A stretch of 64,000 nt of DNA from an uncultured Alphaproteobacteria bacterium (GCA_963725985.1 CAVSAO010000001.1:768072-832071); one strand, 5' to 3'; shown: positions 48,671 to 59,320, counted from the stretch's first letter. The notes: generated by a model from the letters alone, not told the origin. Program-made: numbers and translations.

Positions 48671-48720
48671 AGAGCGCGATCAGCAAAAGTGGCATCCGGT
48701 TTTGCGTCCGATCGCGCTCG
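48671..48720. repeat. RIME/REP-like palindromic element
   Basis: GAGCGCGATC-AGCAAAAGTGGCATCCGGTTTTGCGTCC-GATCGCGCTC. Confidence 0.6.
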
Positions 48721-48829
48721 AAACCATTAAAAGAGCCCGCCACCAGCAGTACCAAGAAACCGACCATCACGGCATTCTCGACATTGCGGTTACCCTGGTC
48801 CTCCGGCGGCTTCGTCTGTCATCTGTCAA

Positions 48830-49925
48830 TCATGGCTTCGGAGGATAGAGATGAACGTCGCCGCAATAGTCAACGACACGATAGCGCGTTTCCGCATCCG
48901 GTTCACGCTCCCCGGAAAAAGAAATTGCCTGCGACAGATAGCCGGGACCAACCGGCGACTTGCCGTGGCCGCCGGGAATATCAAGCACGTAATCCGGCTG
49001 GCATAATCCGGATACCCGGCCCCGTAAGCTGCGCATCAGTTCCTGTCCCTGCTTCAGCGTCGTACGCAGATGCGCCGTGCCGGGCGCGAGATCGCCGTGA
49101 TGCAGGTAATAGGGCTTGATCCGGCACTCGACGAAGGCCCGCATCAGTGCTTCCAGCGCTACCGCATCATCGTTGACGCCGCGCAGCAGCACCGACTGGC
49201 TCACCATGGGAATGCCGGCGTCGACAATCCCGGCGCAGGCGGCGCGGGCCTTGTCGGTCAATTCCCTGGCATGATTGGCGTGCAGGGCAACCCAGGTCGT
49301 CGCGCCCTCGACCTTCAGGGCCGCGATCATCTCGCCACCGATGCGCGCGGGATCGGCAACCGGCACGCGGGTATGAATCCGGATGATCCTGACATGATCG
49401 ATACCAGCGAGGTCCGCCATGATCTCGGCAAGCCGCCGCGGCGACAGCATCAGGGGATCGCCGCCGGTCAGGATGACCTCCCAGATTTCCGGATGCGCGC
49501 GGATATAGTCGATCGCCTCGTCATAGGCGGCTTGCGAGAGCGCGGTCGCCTTGCCCGGCCCGACCATTTCGCGGCGAAAACAGAACCGGCAATACACCGC
49601 GCAGACATGAACCAGCTTGAACAGCACCCGGTCGGGATAGCGATGCACGATGCCTGAGACCGGCGAATGCGCGTGATCGCCGATCGGATCGGCGTTCTCG
49701 CCCGATACGGCCACCAATTCCTCGGTGCTCGGAATGAACTGCCGCGCGATCGGATCGTCGGGATTATCGGGGTCGATCAGCGCGGCGATGTCCGGCGTCA
49801 CCGCCACCGCATAGCGCGCCGCGACCTTTTCCAGATCGGAAAGCGCCGCCGCCGGCGCCAGGCCGTGGGCGACCAGTTCGGCGGGCTCGCGCAAAGTGCG
49901 GCTGATCGGAGTTGATCTTGCTCAT
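48830..49925 (-). CDS. epmB: Lysine 2,3-aminomutase for EF-P beta-lysylation; apparent extra base near the start
   Basis: [33 protein letters not shown] and DIPGGHGK motifs; adjacent to epmA and efp. Confidence 0.92.
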
Positions 49926-50979
49926 GCGTCACCCTCGAAGGCGGCGTCCACACCACCTGATCGATCCTGAGCGCGCCGCTGGCCAGCATCACCAGCCGGT
50001 CGAAACCAAGCGCGACGCCGCTTGCTTCCGGCATCGTGGCCGACCGCGTCGAGAAACTCCTCGTCGAGCGGATAGCGCTCGCCATAGCGCCGCTGCTTTT
50101 CATCCATGGCCAACGTGAAGCGAAGCCGCTGTTCGCGCGCGTCGGTCAATTCGCCAAACCCATTGGCAAGCTCGACGCCGCAGGCATAGATCTCAAAACG
50201 CTCGGCGACGCGCGGGTCGGACGGTTTGGTCGCGCGCCAGCGCCGCTTCGGGGACCGGATATTCGAACAATACCGTCAAACGCCCCTGCCCCAGCTTTGG
50301 TTCGACATACTCGACCAGGATCTTGCTGAAAATGTCCGACCAGTTGTCGTCATCCGATACCCGCACCCGCTGCCCTGCCGCTGCCGCCAGCGCCATCGCG
50401 ATCGCCTTTGCCGTCCGCGACCGTGCCGAGCAGATCGATACCGGCAAAGCGCTCGAAGGCGGCTGCGACCGTCAACAGTTCCGGCTCGGCAAAGGGATCG
50501 GCAGTCCTGCCGCGAAACGAAAATCGCCCGATGCCGGTCGCCTGTGCGGCGTGGGCGATGACGACGATGCTGTCGGCCATGACGGCGTCATAGGTCGCGT
50601 TCGCCCGGTACCATTCCAGCATGGTGAATTCGGGCAGATGCAGATCGCCGCGCTCCCGGTCGCGAAACACCCGCGCAAACTCGAAAATCTTCGCCTCGCC
50701 GGCCGCCAGCAGCTTCTTGCAGGCGAATTCCGGCGAGGTCCGCAGATACCGGGTCGCGCGGGTGCCATCGGCGCTGACAAGTTCGGTGCGGGGTGCATGC
50801 AGATGGGTCTCATTTCCGGGAGAAACCTGCAAAATTCCGGTTTCGACCTCGGTAAAGCCCTGCTCGTCGAACCATGCCCTGACAGCCCGGGTAATGGCGC
50901 CCCTCGCCGCCAGAAACGGCCTGATGTCGGCGTGCCGCGCGGCCGACCACCAGGGCGAAAGCTGGTCGTTTTCGGCCAT
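49922..50979 (-). CDS. epmA: EF-P lysine aminoacylase (GenX/PoxA), several apparent frameshifts in the 3' half
   Basis: [14 protein letters not shown] and [12 protein letters not shown]; later [19 protein letters not shown] and [12 protein letters not shown] in other frames. Confidence 0.9.
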
Positions 50980-51116
50980 CAGCGAGTCGCCCCGTAAGCC
51001 GTAAAATGCTGGCATCACGCGGCAAAATCAGTATGTTCCAGCCCGAAACCGCTTCGCTGGCCTCGGGACACCCATGTCCTGATCGGTCCCGGGCCAGAAC
51101 ATCAGGAAAAACAGCT

Positions 51117-51683
51117 TTGAAAGTCATCGCCAGTTCTATTCGCAAGGGCAACGTCATCGAGCAAGACGGCAAGCTTTACGTGGTTCTGACCGCCGAGAAC
51201 ATCCATCCCGGCAAGGGAACTCCGGTCAGCCAGATCGAAATGCGCCAAATCAGCGACGGGGTAAAGATTTCCGAGCGCTACAAGACCACCGACCAGGTGG
51301 AGAAGGCGACCATCGAGGATCACAACTTCAACTACCTCTACGAAGATGCCGACGGCTTTCACTTCATGAACGCCGAGACCTACGATCAGGTGCAGGTGCC
51401 AAAGGACGTCATTGGCTCGGCCGCGCCGTACTTGCAGGAAAACATGACGGTGAAGCTTTCGCTTCACGGCGTCATTCCGGTAGCCATCCAGATGCCGCAG
51501 CGCGCGACGCTGGAAGTCGTGGAAACCGAGCCGGTCACCAAGGGCCAGACCGCGTCGTCCTCCTACAAGCCCGCCATTCTGTCCAACGGCGTGCGCACGG
51601 CCGTGCCGCCGCATATCGGCACCGGGACCCGAATTGTGGTCATGACCGAAGACGGATCTTACGTCGAGCGCGCAAAGGATTAA
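51117..51683 (+). CDS. efp: Elongation factor P
   Basis: HPGKG modified-Lys loop, [12 protein letters not shown] and YVER; TTG start. Confidence 0.97.
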   Translation: MKVIASSIRKGNVIEQDGKLYVVLTAENIHPGKGTPVSQIEMRQISDGVKISERYKTTDQVEKATIEDHNFNYLYEDADGFHFMNAETYDQVQVPKDVIGSAAPYLQENMTVKLSLHGVIPVAIQMPQRATLEVVETEPVTKGQTASSSYKPAILSNGVRTAVPPHIGTGTRIVVMTEDGSYVERAKD

Positions 51684-51720
51684 GTTAAAAGGGGATGATC
51701 TAGCGCCGGGGGGCGACGCA

Positions 51721-53337
51721 TTGGGTACGAAAGCTGTCCGGTCCGTCGCGCTTCTGCTGGCATCCGTCTCTTTGCTCATCGCAGGCACCACGGTCCTTAC
51801 CGCCGCCGAATTCAAGACACCTGCGATTTCGGCGGTCCGGGTCGAATGGCGCGCCGCGCTCGATCAGCTACGATCCGAGATCAACACCCGGCCTGCGGTG
51901 GCGTCCGCCTTTACGTTTTCGGGACAACAGCGTTTCCGTGCGTCCGATCCTCGCTCGAGACCGGCGCTGGTGCAGTTGAACGCCGTGACCTCGCAGATCT
52001 TCGCGGGGATCGGGCGCAGTCCGGTGCCGGTGCTGCTGCCGTTCGACGCCGCGGCATTTCTGGACGCACGGTTGAACGGCGCGCCAGTCGGCCTATCGCT
52101 ATCGCACTATCAGGCCGATTTCCGTCCCGTCGACCTGTTCGATGCAGGCCCTGCCGGTTACGACGCGGTGTTTTCGCTCGAGCCCGGCGCCGGTGACGGC
52201 ATGCCGCAGCGAACCTTTGCCAAACCCGTCGAAGTTCAGATCACCGGCTCGATCCTGATCTACGACATCGACGATCCCCTCGGCGGCAAGGGCGAACCGG
52301 TCAAGGCCTTGGCGGCGCAATATCCCGACCTGCGCCGCTTCATCCGGGAAGGCTACGTGCGTTATGCCTTCACGCGCTTCGGCGTCCCCTATGTGGTGTC
52401 GATCCAGTGCCTCGACAGCACCCCGCGCGCGCGGCGGCTCGCCTGCCGCGAGGCCTATCCCGTCGCAGAGCGTTTCCTCAAAGCCCTGCGCGTCGCCGGC
52501 GGACTGCCTTCGCGGGCGCGAATGGATATCCCGTCAGGAACTGCCGAGCGGCCGGCAGAACAATCGCCGGATTTCACCTATCGCCCGAGCGGCGACATCA
52601 TCGCCAACTCAGGCTATCGCAAGCAGGGCGGCCATGCCGACTTTACCGCCTATTCGCAAATCCGGTTCCCGCTGGAAAAGGCCCCGGCTTTCGTCCACTC
52701 GCAATCGTTCCGGAGTCGAAGATCGAGCGACAAACCGGTTGACGAGTTGACTGGCAGCAAAACCAGCTATCCCTGGCGGGATAATTTCTGCGAATCCCGC
52801 AGCTTCAATGTGGGACAGTGCGCCGGCGGTTTTGGCCATCAGGGAGAGGATATTCGCCCGGCGCCCTGTCCACCCGTTAGCGAAGGCGAAGCCAACAGCT
52901 GCGACCCCAAGCAGCAGGGAGTGGTCGCTGTCCGCGACGGCGTCGTGATCCGCTCGCTGAAGCAACAGGCGCTAACGCTGCAGATCAATACCCGCACCGA
53001 ACACATCCGCTTTCGCTACATGCACATGAATCCGGCTGCACTCGATGCCGACGGCGTGCTGAACGGGCGCAGCGTGGATGAAGGCGCGAAAATCGGCGTG
53101 GTTTCGAATTTTCTGGACCACCCCAACGGCACCAGCCGCCATTTGCATTTCGACGTGCAGGTATTCACGCGCGACGGCTGGATCTGGGTCAATCCCTACG
53201 TCACGCTGGTCTCGGCCTATGAGCGTTTGATCCGCGGGCGCGGCCACGAGATCGGGCCCGAAACCGCCGCGTCGCCTGCCGTGGCGCATGCGCTGCCTGC
53301 GGACGCCCGCAACGAAACCGAGGGCGGCGACAACTAA
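51721..53337 (+). CDS. Secreted protein with C-terminal M23-like metallopeptidase domain
   Basis: Signal peptide; HQGED (HxxxD), YMHM and HLH motifs. Confidence 0.75.
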   Translation: MGTKAVRSVALLLASVSLLIAGTTVLTAAEFKTPAISAVRVEWRAALDQLRSEINTRPAVASAFTFSGQQRFRASDPRSRPALVQLNAVTSQIFAGIGRSPVPVLLPFDAAAFLDARLNGAPVGLSLSHYQADFRPVDLFDAGPAGYDAVFSLEPGAGDGMPQRTFAKPVEVQITGSILIYDIDDPLGGKGEPVKALAAQYPDLRRFIREGYVRYAFTRFGVPYVVSIQCLDSTPRARRLACREAYPVAERFLKALRVAGGLPSRARMDIPSGTAERPAEQSPDFTYRPSGDIIANSGYRKQGGHADFTAYSQIRFPLEKAPAFVHSQSFRSRRSSDKPVDELTGSKTSYPWRDNFCESRSFNVGQCAGGFGHQGEDIRPAPCPPVSEGEANSCDPKQQGVVAVRDGVVIRSLKQQALTLQINTRTEHIRFRYMHMNPAALDADGVLNGRSVDEGAKIGVVSNFLDHPNGTSRHLHFDVQVFTRDGWIWVNPYVTLVSAYERLIRGRGHEIGPETAASPAVAHALPADARNETEGGDN

Positions 53338-53374
53338 AACGCGGTGCTGACCCATCCGAACGGGGCTCCAGTCT

Positions 53375-53848
53375 TTACGACGCGGCAGCGGCTGTTTGCC
53401 GCGCCGGCGGGGTCCAGCGATAGCCGACTCCCAGCCGGTTCCAGACGTTGATCGACGCGACCGCGGAAGTGAGATAGGCCAGTTCCTTCTCGGAAAATTC
53501 GGCGCTTGCTTGCGCGTAAACTTCGTCGCTGACGCCCCCGGTCAGGAGCGTCAGTGCTTCGGTCCACGCCAGGGCCGCGCGTTCCCGCGCAGAAAACAGC
53601 GGCGCCTCGCGCCAGACCACGACGAGGTTGAGTTTGTCGACCGGGATGCCGAGGCTCTCGCCTTGCAGCATGTGATACTGCACGCAGAAGGCGCAACCAT
53701 TGATCTGCGAGGCGCGCAGCTTGATCAGTTCCAGCAACTGCTTGTCGATGCCGGCCTTGCCGGCGACCTGACCCAATGCGTAGACGGCGTCGTAGGCGTC
53801 GGGCACCAGCGCTCTAAAGTCTTTCTGTTCGCTACGCGCATGTGACAT
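53375..53848 (-). CDS. Carboxymuconolactone decarboxylase / AhpD-like protein
   Basis: ELIKLRASQINGCAFCVQYH and INVWNRL motifs. Confidence 0.92.
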   Translation of the reverse strand: MSHARSEQKDFRALVPDAYDAVYALGQVAGKAGIDKQLLELIKLRASQINGCAFCVQYHMLQGESLGIPVDKLNLVVVWREAPLFSARERAALAWTEALTLLTGGVSDEVYAQASAEFSEKELAYLTSAVASINVWNRLGVGYRWTPPARQTAAAAS

Positions 53849-53864
53849 CTTTATGGCCTCATGT

Positions 53865-53899
53865 TATCAGTGCTCTGATTTATTATAAGAGCACTGATA
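53865..53899. promoter_or_regulatory. Probable MarR operator in the divergent promoter
   Basis: Perfect 12-bp inverted repeat TATCAGTGCTCT-N11-AGAGCACTGATA. Confidence 0.75.
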
Positions 53900-53901
53900 T
53901 C

Positions 53902-54489
53902 ATGCGCAAGATCGGGACCTCGGCAAAATCGCGATCGCCCAAGAAGGTGCCCAGGCGACGAAGATCGCGGCTGGCGAAGAAATCTGCCCAGGGCCGGAAG
54001 AAATCCGCCAAAAATGCCGGTCTCGGCGGTGTCCGTCCGCCGCCGCCGGGTGAAGGCAAGCGCGGCGAAAAAGGCTACCTCGGCTATTTGCTGCGGCAGG
54101 CCCAGGCGGCGGCGCGCCTGACGCTGGAGCGCAGACTTGCCGGCCTCGGCGTGACGCCGCCGCAGTTCGTCGTGCTCACCATGCTCAAGGCATATCCCGG
54201 CCTGTCCGGTGCCGATCTGGCCCGGGTGGCGCTTTTGACCGCGCAGACCATCGGCGTCATCATCGGCAACCTGGAACGCGATGGCGCCATCAGGAAAACG
54301 CCGCATCCGGTGCATGGCCGGCTGCTGCAGTGGACGCTGACCCGCCGCGGCCTGACGCGGCTCGGCAAATGCCGGCAGCACGCCATGGCCGTGGAGCGGC
54401 GGTTGACGGCGGGGCTGAGCGCCACGGCACAGGTCACGGTCCGGCGCTGGCTGTCGAAAATTGCCGCGGACCTGCCGCGGGACGGTTAG
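53902..54489 (+). CDS. MarR family transcriptional regulator
   Basis: LGYLLRQA, GVTPPQF, LSGADLAR and LERDG..R....HGR....LT..G pattern. Confidence 0.9.
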   Translation: MRKIGTSAKSRSPKKVPRRRRSRLAKKSAQGRKKSAKNAGLGGVRPPPPGEGKRGEKGYLGYLLRQAQAAARLTLERRLAGLGVTPPQFVVLTMLKAYPGLSGADLARVALLTAQTIGVIIGNLERDGAIRKTPHPVHGRLLQWTLTRRGLTRLGKCRQHAMAVERRLTAGLSATAQVTVRRWLSKIAADLPRDG

Positions 54490-54549
54490 TTCCAATTGGT
54501 GGGATAACGAACTTTGCCGCCCCCTCTCGGCGCCGCTAGACTGCCCCCA

Positions 54550-55785
54550 ATGCAACGGTCTGATTCTCTGGACACACCGACCCGCCGCGCCCTGCTGCGG
54601 TCGGGTCTTGCGGCCGGCGCCCTCCTCGCCCATCCGCTCGCCGTCTTTGCCGCGGCCCCGCCCGGCTTCGATCAATGGCGCGACGGCTTTCGCGCGCGGG
54701 CGCTGGCAAAGGGCATCTCGGATTCGACCTGGACCCGGGTCATGGGCCGCATCGAACCGGACATGTCCGTGTTCAAGCAGATGCAAAACCAGCCGGAGTT
54801 CCACGAGCAGATCTGGCAATACATCAACCGCCGCGTCTCGGACTGGCGCATCATCGCCGGCAAGGAGGCGCTCAAGAAGAACGAGGCGCTGTTTGCGCGG
54901 ATCGAACAGGATTACGGCGTGGAGCGCGGCACGCTGCTGGCGCTGTGGGGCGTCGAATCCGCCTTCGGCGATCCCCTGGTGCAGCAGAACCATATGCGCC
55001 CGGTATTTCCATCGCTGGCGGCGCTTGCCTGGAACGAGCCGCGCCGCCGCGCCTATTGGGAGACCGAGCTGATCAATGCGCTCCGGATCGTCGATCGCGG
55101 CTGGAGCACGCCGGAGGAAATGCGGGGATCGTGGGCCGGCGCGATGGGACACACCCAGTGGATGCCGGAAGTCTGGCTCAATGTCGGGATCGATTACGAT
55201 CATGACGGCCGGGTATCGCCGTTCGGCAAGCCCGACGACGCGCTCGGTTCCACCGCGCGCTATCTGGTCAACCGCGGCAAATATCACCGCGGCGAACATT
55301 GGGGTTATGAAGTCCGCGCGCCCGGCGGTTCGTCCGGCGGCAGCCGCACCTATGCGGCGTGGGCGAGCGCCGGCGTCTCGCGCGCCGACGGCCAGCCGTT
55401 TCCGCACCCGAATGCCAGCGCGCAGATGTGGGTGCCGGTACCGGGCGGCCCGGCCTTCCTGCTGGGACCGAATTTCTATTCGGTGCGCAGCTACAACCCG
55501 TCGATGAACTACGCGCTGGCGATCTGCCATCTCGGCGACCGCATTCTGGGCGCCCCGCCCTTCATTCAACCGTTCCCGGGTTCGGAGCGCGCGCTGACGC
55601 TCGCCGAAGTCCAGGAGATGCAGACCCGGCTGACGAAAGCGGGTTTCGACACCGGCGGCACCGACGGCCGCGTCGGCAACGACACCATGAAGGCGATCAA
55701 GGATTATCAGGCCAAAATGGGGCTGTTGCCCGCGGACGGTTATGGCGGCCTGAAGGTGCTGGCGCGGCTCAGGCAGGGCGGTTGA
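54550..55785 (+). CDS. Lytic murein transglycosylase (MltB/SltB family) with peptidoglycan-binding domain
   Basis: Tat signal TRRALL; WGVES, GSWAGAMGHTQWMP and YNPSMNYA motifs. Confidence 0.93.
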   Translation: MQRSDSLDTPTRRALLRSGLAAGALLAHPLAVFAAAPPGFDQWRDGFRARALAKGISDSTWTRVMGRIEPDMSVFKQMQNQPEFHEQIWQYINRRVSDWRIIAGKEALKKNEALFARIEQDYGVERGTLLALWGVESAFGDPLVQQNHMRPVFPSLAALAWNEPRRRAYWETELINALRIVDRGWSTPEEMRGSWAGAMGHTQWMPEVWLNVGIDYDHDGRVSPFGKPDDALGSTARYLVNRGKYHRGEHWGYEVRAPGGSSGGSRTYAAWASAGVSRADGQPFPHPNASAQMWVPVPGGPAFLLGPNFYSVRSYNPSMNYALAICHLGDRILGAPPFIQPFPGSERALTLAEVQEMQTRLTKAGFDTGGTDGRVGNDTMKAIKDYQAKMGLLPADGYGGLKVLARLRQGG

Positions 55786-55821
55786 GCCGCGGTCATTGAT
55801 GGATGTGGGCAACGAGGCTTC

Positions 55822-56631
55822 TCACGTTCGGCGAACGGCGCCGCCCGCGTTCATGCCGCCATCGATGACCAGTTCGGTTCCGGTCACGTAGCGCGATGCA
55901 TCGGACGCCAGATACAGAACGCCCTGCGCGATTTCCATCGCTTGGCCGGCGCGGCCGAGCGGCGTAAACAGTTTCGCGCGTTCTTCGGGATCGATCGGTG
56001 CGTTCTGTCCCTGCCCGGTCGCTTCGGTCGGAATTTTGCCCCAGATCGGCGTGTCGATAATGCCCGGATGTACCGAGTTGACCCGGATGCCATCACCGAT
56101 CGATGCGCACTCCATCGCGATCGACTTGGCGAACAGCCGCACACCGCCCTTGGTCGCGCTATAGCCGGCAAGCGTCTGCGCGCCGCGCAGGCCCGCGAGC
56201 GACGACATCATGATGATCGAACCGCCGCCGGTCCTGCGCATGACGGGCAAGCAATGCTTCACCGAAAGAAATACGCCATCGAGGTTGATCGCGGTCTGCC
56301 TGCGCCAGTCTTCCAGCGACATATCGACGATCGACGGCACCGCTATCCCGATGCCCGCATTGGAAACCAGGATGTCGAGCCGGCCGAACCGATTCTCGAC
56401 CTCGGTCACCACTTCAGCCCAGCGGGCCTCGCTGGTCACGTCGTGATGAAGAAACACCGCCGCATGACCGGCCTTTTTGATCCCTGCGACAAGCCCCTCG
56501 CCCTTCAACTCGTCAACATCGGTGACCGCAACCGAAGCGCCCTCGCGCGCCAATAGCTCGGCAACCGCGGCGCCGATGCCGGACGCCCCGCCGGTAACCA
56601 ATGCGACCTTGCCCTGAACCTGCCCCGTCAT
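55822..56631 (-). CDS. Short-chain dehydrogenase/reductase
   Basis: TGGASGIG, NAG, YSATK and NSVHPG motifs. Confidence 0.95.
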   Translation of the reverse strand: MTGQVQGKVALVTGGASGIGAAVAELLAREGASVAVTDVDELKGEGLVAGIKKAGHAAVFLHHDVTSEARWAEVVTEVENRFGRLDILVSNAGIGIAVPSIVDMSLEDWRRQTAINLDGVFLSVKHCLPVMRRTGGGSIIMMSSLAGLRGAQTLAGYSATKGGVRLFAKSIAMECASIGDGIRVNSVHPGIIDTPIWGKIPTEATGQGQNAPIDPEERAKLFTPLGRAGQAMEIAQGVLYLASDASRYVTGTELVIDGGMNAGGAVRRT

Positions 56632-56659
56632 TTCCGCTCCCAACCCAGATATCGAAAAT

Positions 56660-58501
56660 CTATCTTATTACCGCCGGTCCCTGATCCGGCACGGCAATAT
56701 CGAGCACGCGCAACTGCACGCGCTCGGTGCCCTGCCAGCGATCGACCGCGAGCGATCCGGCGACATGCAATGGTTGTCCGCGGTGCTGGATCAGCGCGTT
56801 GCCGAGTTTCTGCCCGATCGAGCGAAACGCGATGCCGTTGACGATGGCGCCGTCGCCGGATTTGAACCGCACGCGCAGGTGCGCCTGGCCCACTTCATCG
56901 GCATAGACCAGTTGATGCGACGGCAGCGCGATGACCGGTTCGGGATTGCCGCTGCCGAAGGGGCCGGCCCGATTGAGCGTCGCGGCCAGTTCCGGCGTCA
57001 CCGCGCGGGCGCTGACGGCGCCGTCGATGAAGAGCTCGTTGACATGGCGCGACTGCGCCACGTCATGCGCCAGCGCATTTTCCATGTAGGCGCGGAACTC
57101 CGCCAATCTCTCTTTGCGCAGCGTGACGCCGGCGGCCATGGCGTGACCGCCGCCCTTCAGCAAGAGACCGTCGTGGACGGCCTGCCGCACCGCCTTGCCG
57201 AGATCGACGCCGGAGATCGAGCGGCCCGAGCCGGTGCCGATGCCGCCGGGCTCCAGCGCGATGGCAAAAGCGGGCCGAGAGAACTTTTCCTTCAGCCGCG
57301 AGGCGACCAGACCGACCACGCCGGGATGCCAGCCTTCCGACGCCGTGACGATCACCGAGCCCTTGTCTTCAAGCCCGAGCGAAGCCAGCGCCTCGGCTTC
57401 CGCCTGCGCCTCCGCCATCTGTTCGATGATGCGGCGCTCGGTGTTCAACCGGTCGAGCTCGGCGGCGATCCGCGCGGCTTCCGAGACGTCGCCTTCCAGC
57501 AGCAGCCGCACGCCGAGGTCGGCGCGCCCGATGCGGCCCCCCGCATTGATGCGCGGCCCGAGCATGAAGCCGAGATGCCACGCCTCGGGCGGGCTGTTCA
57601 GCCGCGACACGTCCATCAGCGCGGTATGGCCGACATGATCGCGGCGGCGCATCGCGATCAGGCCTTTTGCCACGAAGGCGCGATTGAGCCCGACCAGCGG
57701 CGCGACGTCGGCGACGGTGCCGAGCGCGACGTGATGCAGCATGCCCAGCAGATCGGGCTCCGGCCTTTCGCCGCTCCAGAATCCCCGCGCGCGCAGCTCG
57801 CGATTGACCGCAACCAGCGTCACCAGAACCAGGCCGACGGCGGCGAGATGGCCGAGGCCGGAGAGGTCGTCGGGCCGGTTCGGATTCACCAGGGCATCGA
57901 CCTCAGGCAGTTCATCGCCGCATTGATGGTGATCGATGACGACGACCGACATCCCCAGCCGCCGCGCTTCCGCCAGCGGTTCGAGGCTGGTGGTGCCGCA
58001 ATCCACCGTCACCAGCAGCGTCGCGCCCTTGCCCGCCAGCATGCGCACGGCCTCGACGTTGGGGCCGTAGCCCTCGAAGATCCGGTCGGGAATATGAATC
58101 AGCGGATCGAGCCCGCAATGGCGCAGGTGCCAGGCCAGCAGCGCCGCGGACGTGGCGCCGTCGACGTCGTAGTCGCCGAAGATCGCGACTTTCTCTCCTC
58201 GCGCCGCCGCGTCCGCGATGCGTTTCGCGGCGGCTTCCATCCCGGTCACGGTGTAGGGATCGGGCATCAGTTTGCGGATGGTCGGATCGAGAAAATCCTC
58301 GACCGCGTCGATCTCGACATCGCGCCCCGCCAGCACCCGCGCCAGCATCTCCGGCAATTGATAGCGCTGCGCGATCGCCAGCGCCCGGGCGGCACCGCGC
58401 GCGTCGAGCCGGTCGCGCCACAGTTTTCCGGTCAGGGAATGCGACACGCCGAGAAACGCCAGGGGCGCCTCGACGGGCAATGCGGTTGCGGGAAGCGTCA
58501 T
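56660..58501 (-). CDS. recJ: Single-stranded-DNA-specific exonuclease RecJ
   Basis: GDYDVDG, DCG, DHH, GTVADV and GGHAMAAG motifs. Confidence 0.97.
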   Translation of the reverse strand: MTLPATALPVEAPLAFLGVSHSLTGKLWRDRLDARGAARALAIAQRYQLPEMLARVLAGRDVEIDAVEDFLDPTIRKLMPDPYTVTGMEAAAKRIADAAARGEKVAIFGDYDVDGATSAALLAWHLRHCGLDPLIHIPDRIFEGYGPNVEAVRMLAGKGATLLVTVDCGTTSLEPLAEARRLGMSVVVIDHHQCGDELPEVDALVNPNRPDDLSGLGHLAAVGLVLVTLVAVNRELRARGFWSGERPEPDLLGMLHHVALGTVADVAPLVGLNRAFVAKGLIAMRRRDHVGHTALMDVSRLNSPPEAWHLGFMLGPRINAGGRIGRADLGVRLLLEGDVSEAARIAAELDRLNTERRIIEQMAEAQAEAEALASLGLEDKGSVIVTASEGWHPGVVGLVASRLKEKFSRPAFAIALEPGGIGTGSGRSISGVDLGKAVRQAVHDGLLLKGGGHAMAAGVTLRKERLAEFRAYMENALAHDVAQSRHVNELFIDGAVSARAVTPELAATLNRAGPFGSGNPEPVIALPSHQLVYADEVGQAHLRVRFKSGDGAIVNGIAFRSIGQKLGNALIQHRGQPLHVAGSLAVDRWQGTERVQLRVLDIAVPDQGPAVIR

Positions 58502-58599
58502 GATGCCTTCAGCAAATAGGCCAGATCGTCACCGGTTCAATGATTCGTGCGCCCCGGCCCCGACTTATAGCCGTTATCCCCGGGGTAACGGCGTGGCCG

Positions 58600-59110
58600 T
58601 TATCCCCGCGCAGATGCAAGTTCGCGATCCCGCGGCGCGAGGCGCCCGGGTCGTGCATGAACTCTCGCCCAAGTGAGGGCGTGGGGAATGCCGGGTGCCC
58701 GTTGCACCCGAGGCCGCGCGTGTATTGGTAGTAAGCACGCGCGTTAGTCACCACGGTCGCACCGGGATCACCCGGCATTCCCGCACGCGAATGGTTTTAA
58801 CGGCTTACTTCGTACTCTCCCCGGTGATCGGGCTTTCTTGTCACCGTCGCCTGCGGATGTGGCGTGTCCGCGCCCGGTTGGGCCGACATGCCACCGCAGA
58901 CTTGACGCCGGCGTCGAGGCGTCAGGACCACACGACTTCACCGTCCGCTGCAATCGTCGTTCGTCTGCGCGCCGTTCGACCGCTCACGGGAGACCCGCCC
59001 TGCGATCACCTCGCGCGCCCGACGCTGCCGCGTCCACCGCATCCCGCCCCAACGTTCGTGACGATGGCCAACGCCCCTCGAGTGGGACGAGACGGCGAGG
59101 GATATAGAAG
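58600..59110. repeat. ~500-bp highly structured non-coding intergenic element, likely a multicopy Bradyrhizobium repeat
   Basis: Long perfect stem GGGAATGCCGGGTG (58684-58697) / CACCCGGCATTCCC (58769-58782), further hairpins, no convincing ORF. Boundaries approximate; multicopy status is from recognition, not measured. Confidence 0.6.
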
Positions 59111-59293
59111 TGATTTGGGTATGCGGTGAAGGGAAAAATTTTTGCGAACAGGACTGGACAGGTAGAAGCAGCCTGAAACCAAAGGAGATTTTTGTTCTGT
59201 CGTTCCGTCAGTCCGGACATCGCCTGCCCAATGCGCGGGATGGATTCCGATTTTCACCCTGCGGTGGTCCCACTAGTGATGACGCGACGACGT

Positions 59294-59320
59294 GATGGGT
59301 ATCGCTGCGCTCAACCAATC
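59294..59320. repeat. Degenerate GTAG-family REP
   Basis: GATGGGTATCGCTGCGCTCAACCAATC palindrome. Confidence 0.5.

Noticed and set aside
49922-50450. Programmed frameshifting or true pseudogenisation of epmA
   Set aside because: No slippery sites, several scattered +1 insertions, and the same pattern in unrelated neighbours. Sequencing error is more parsimonious.
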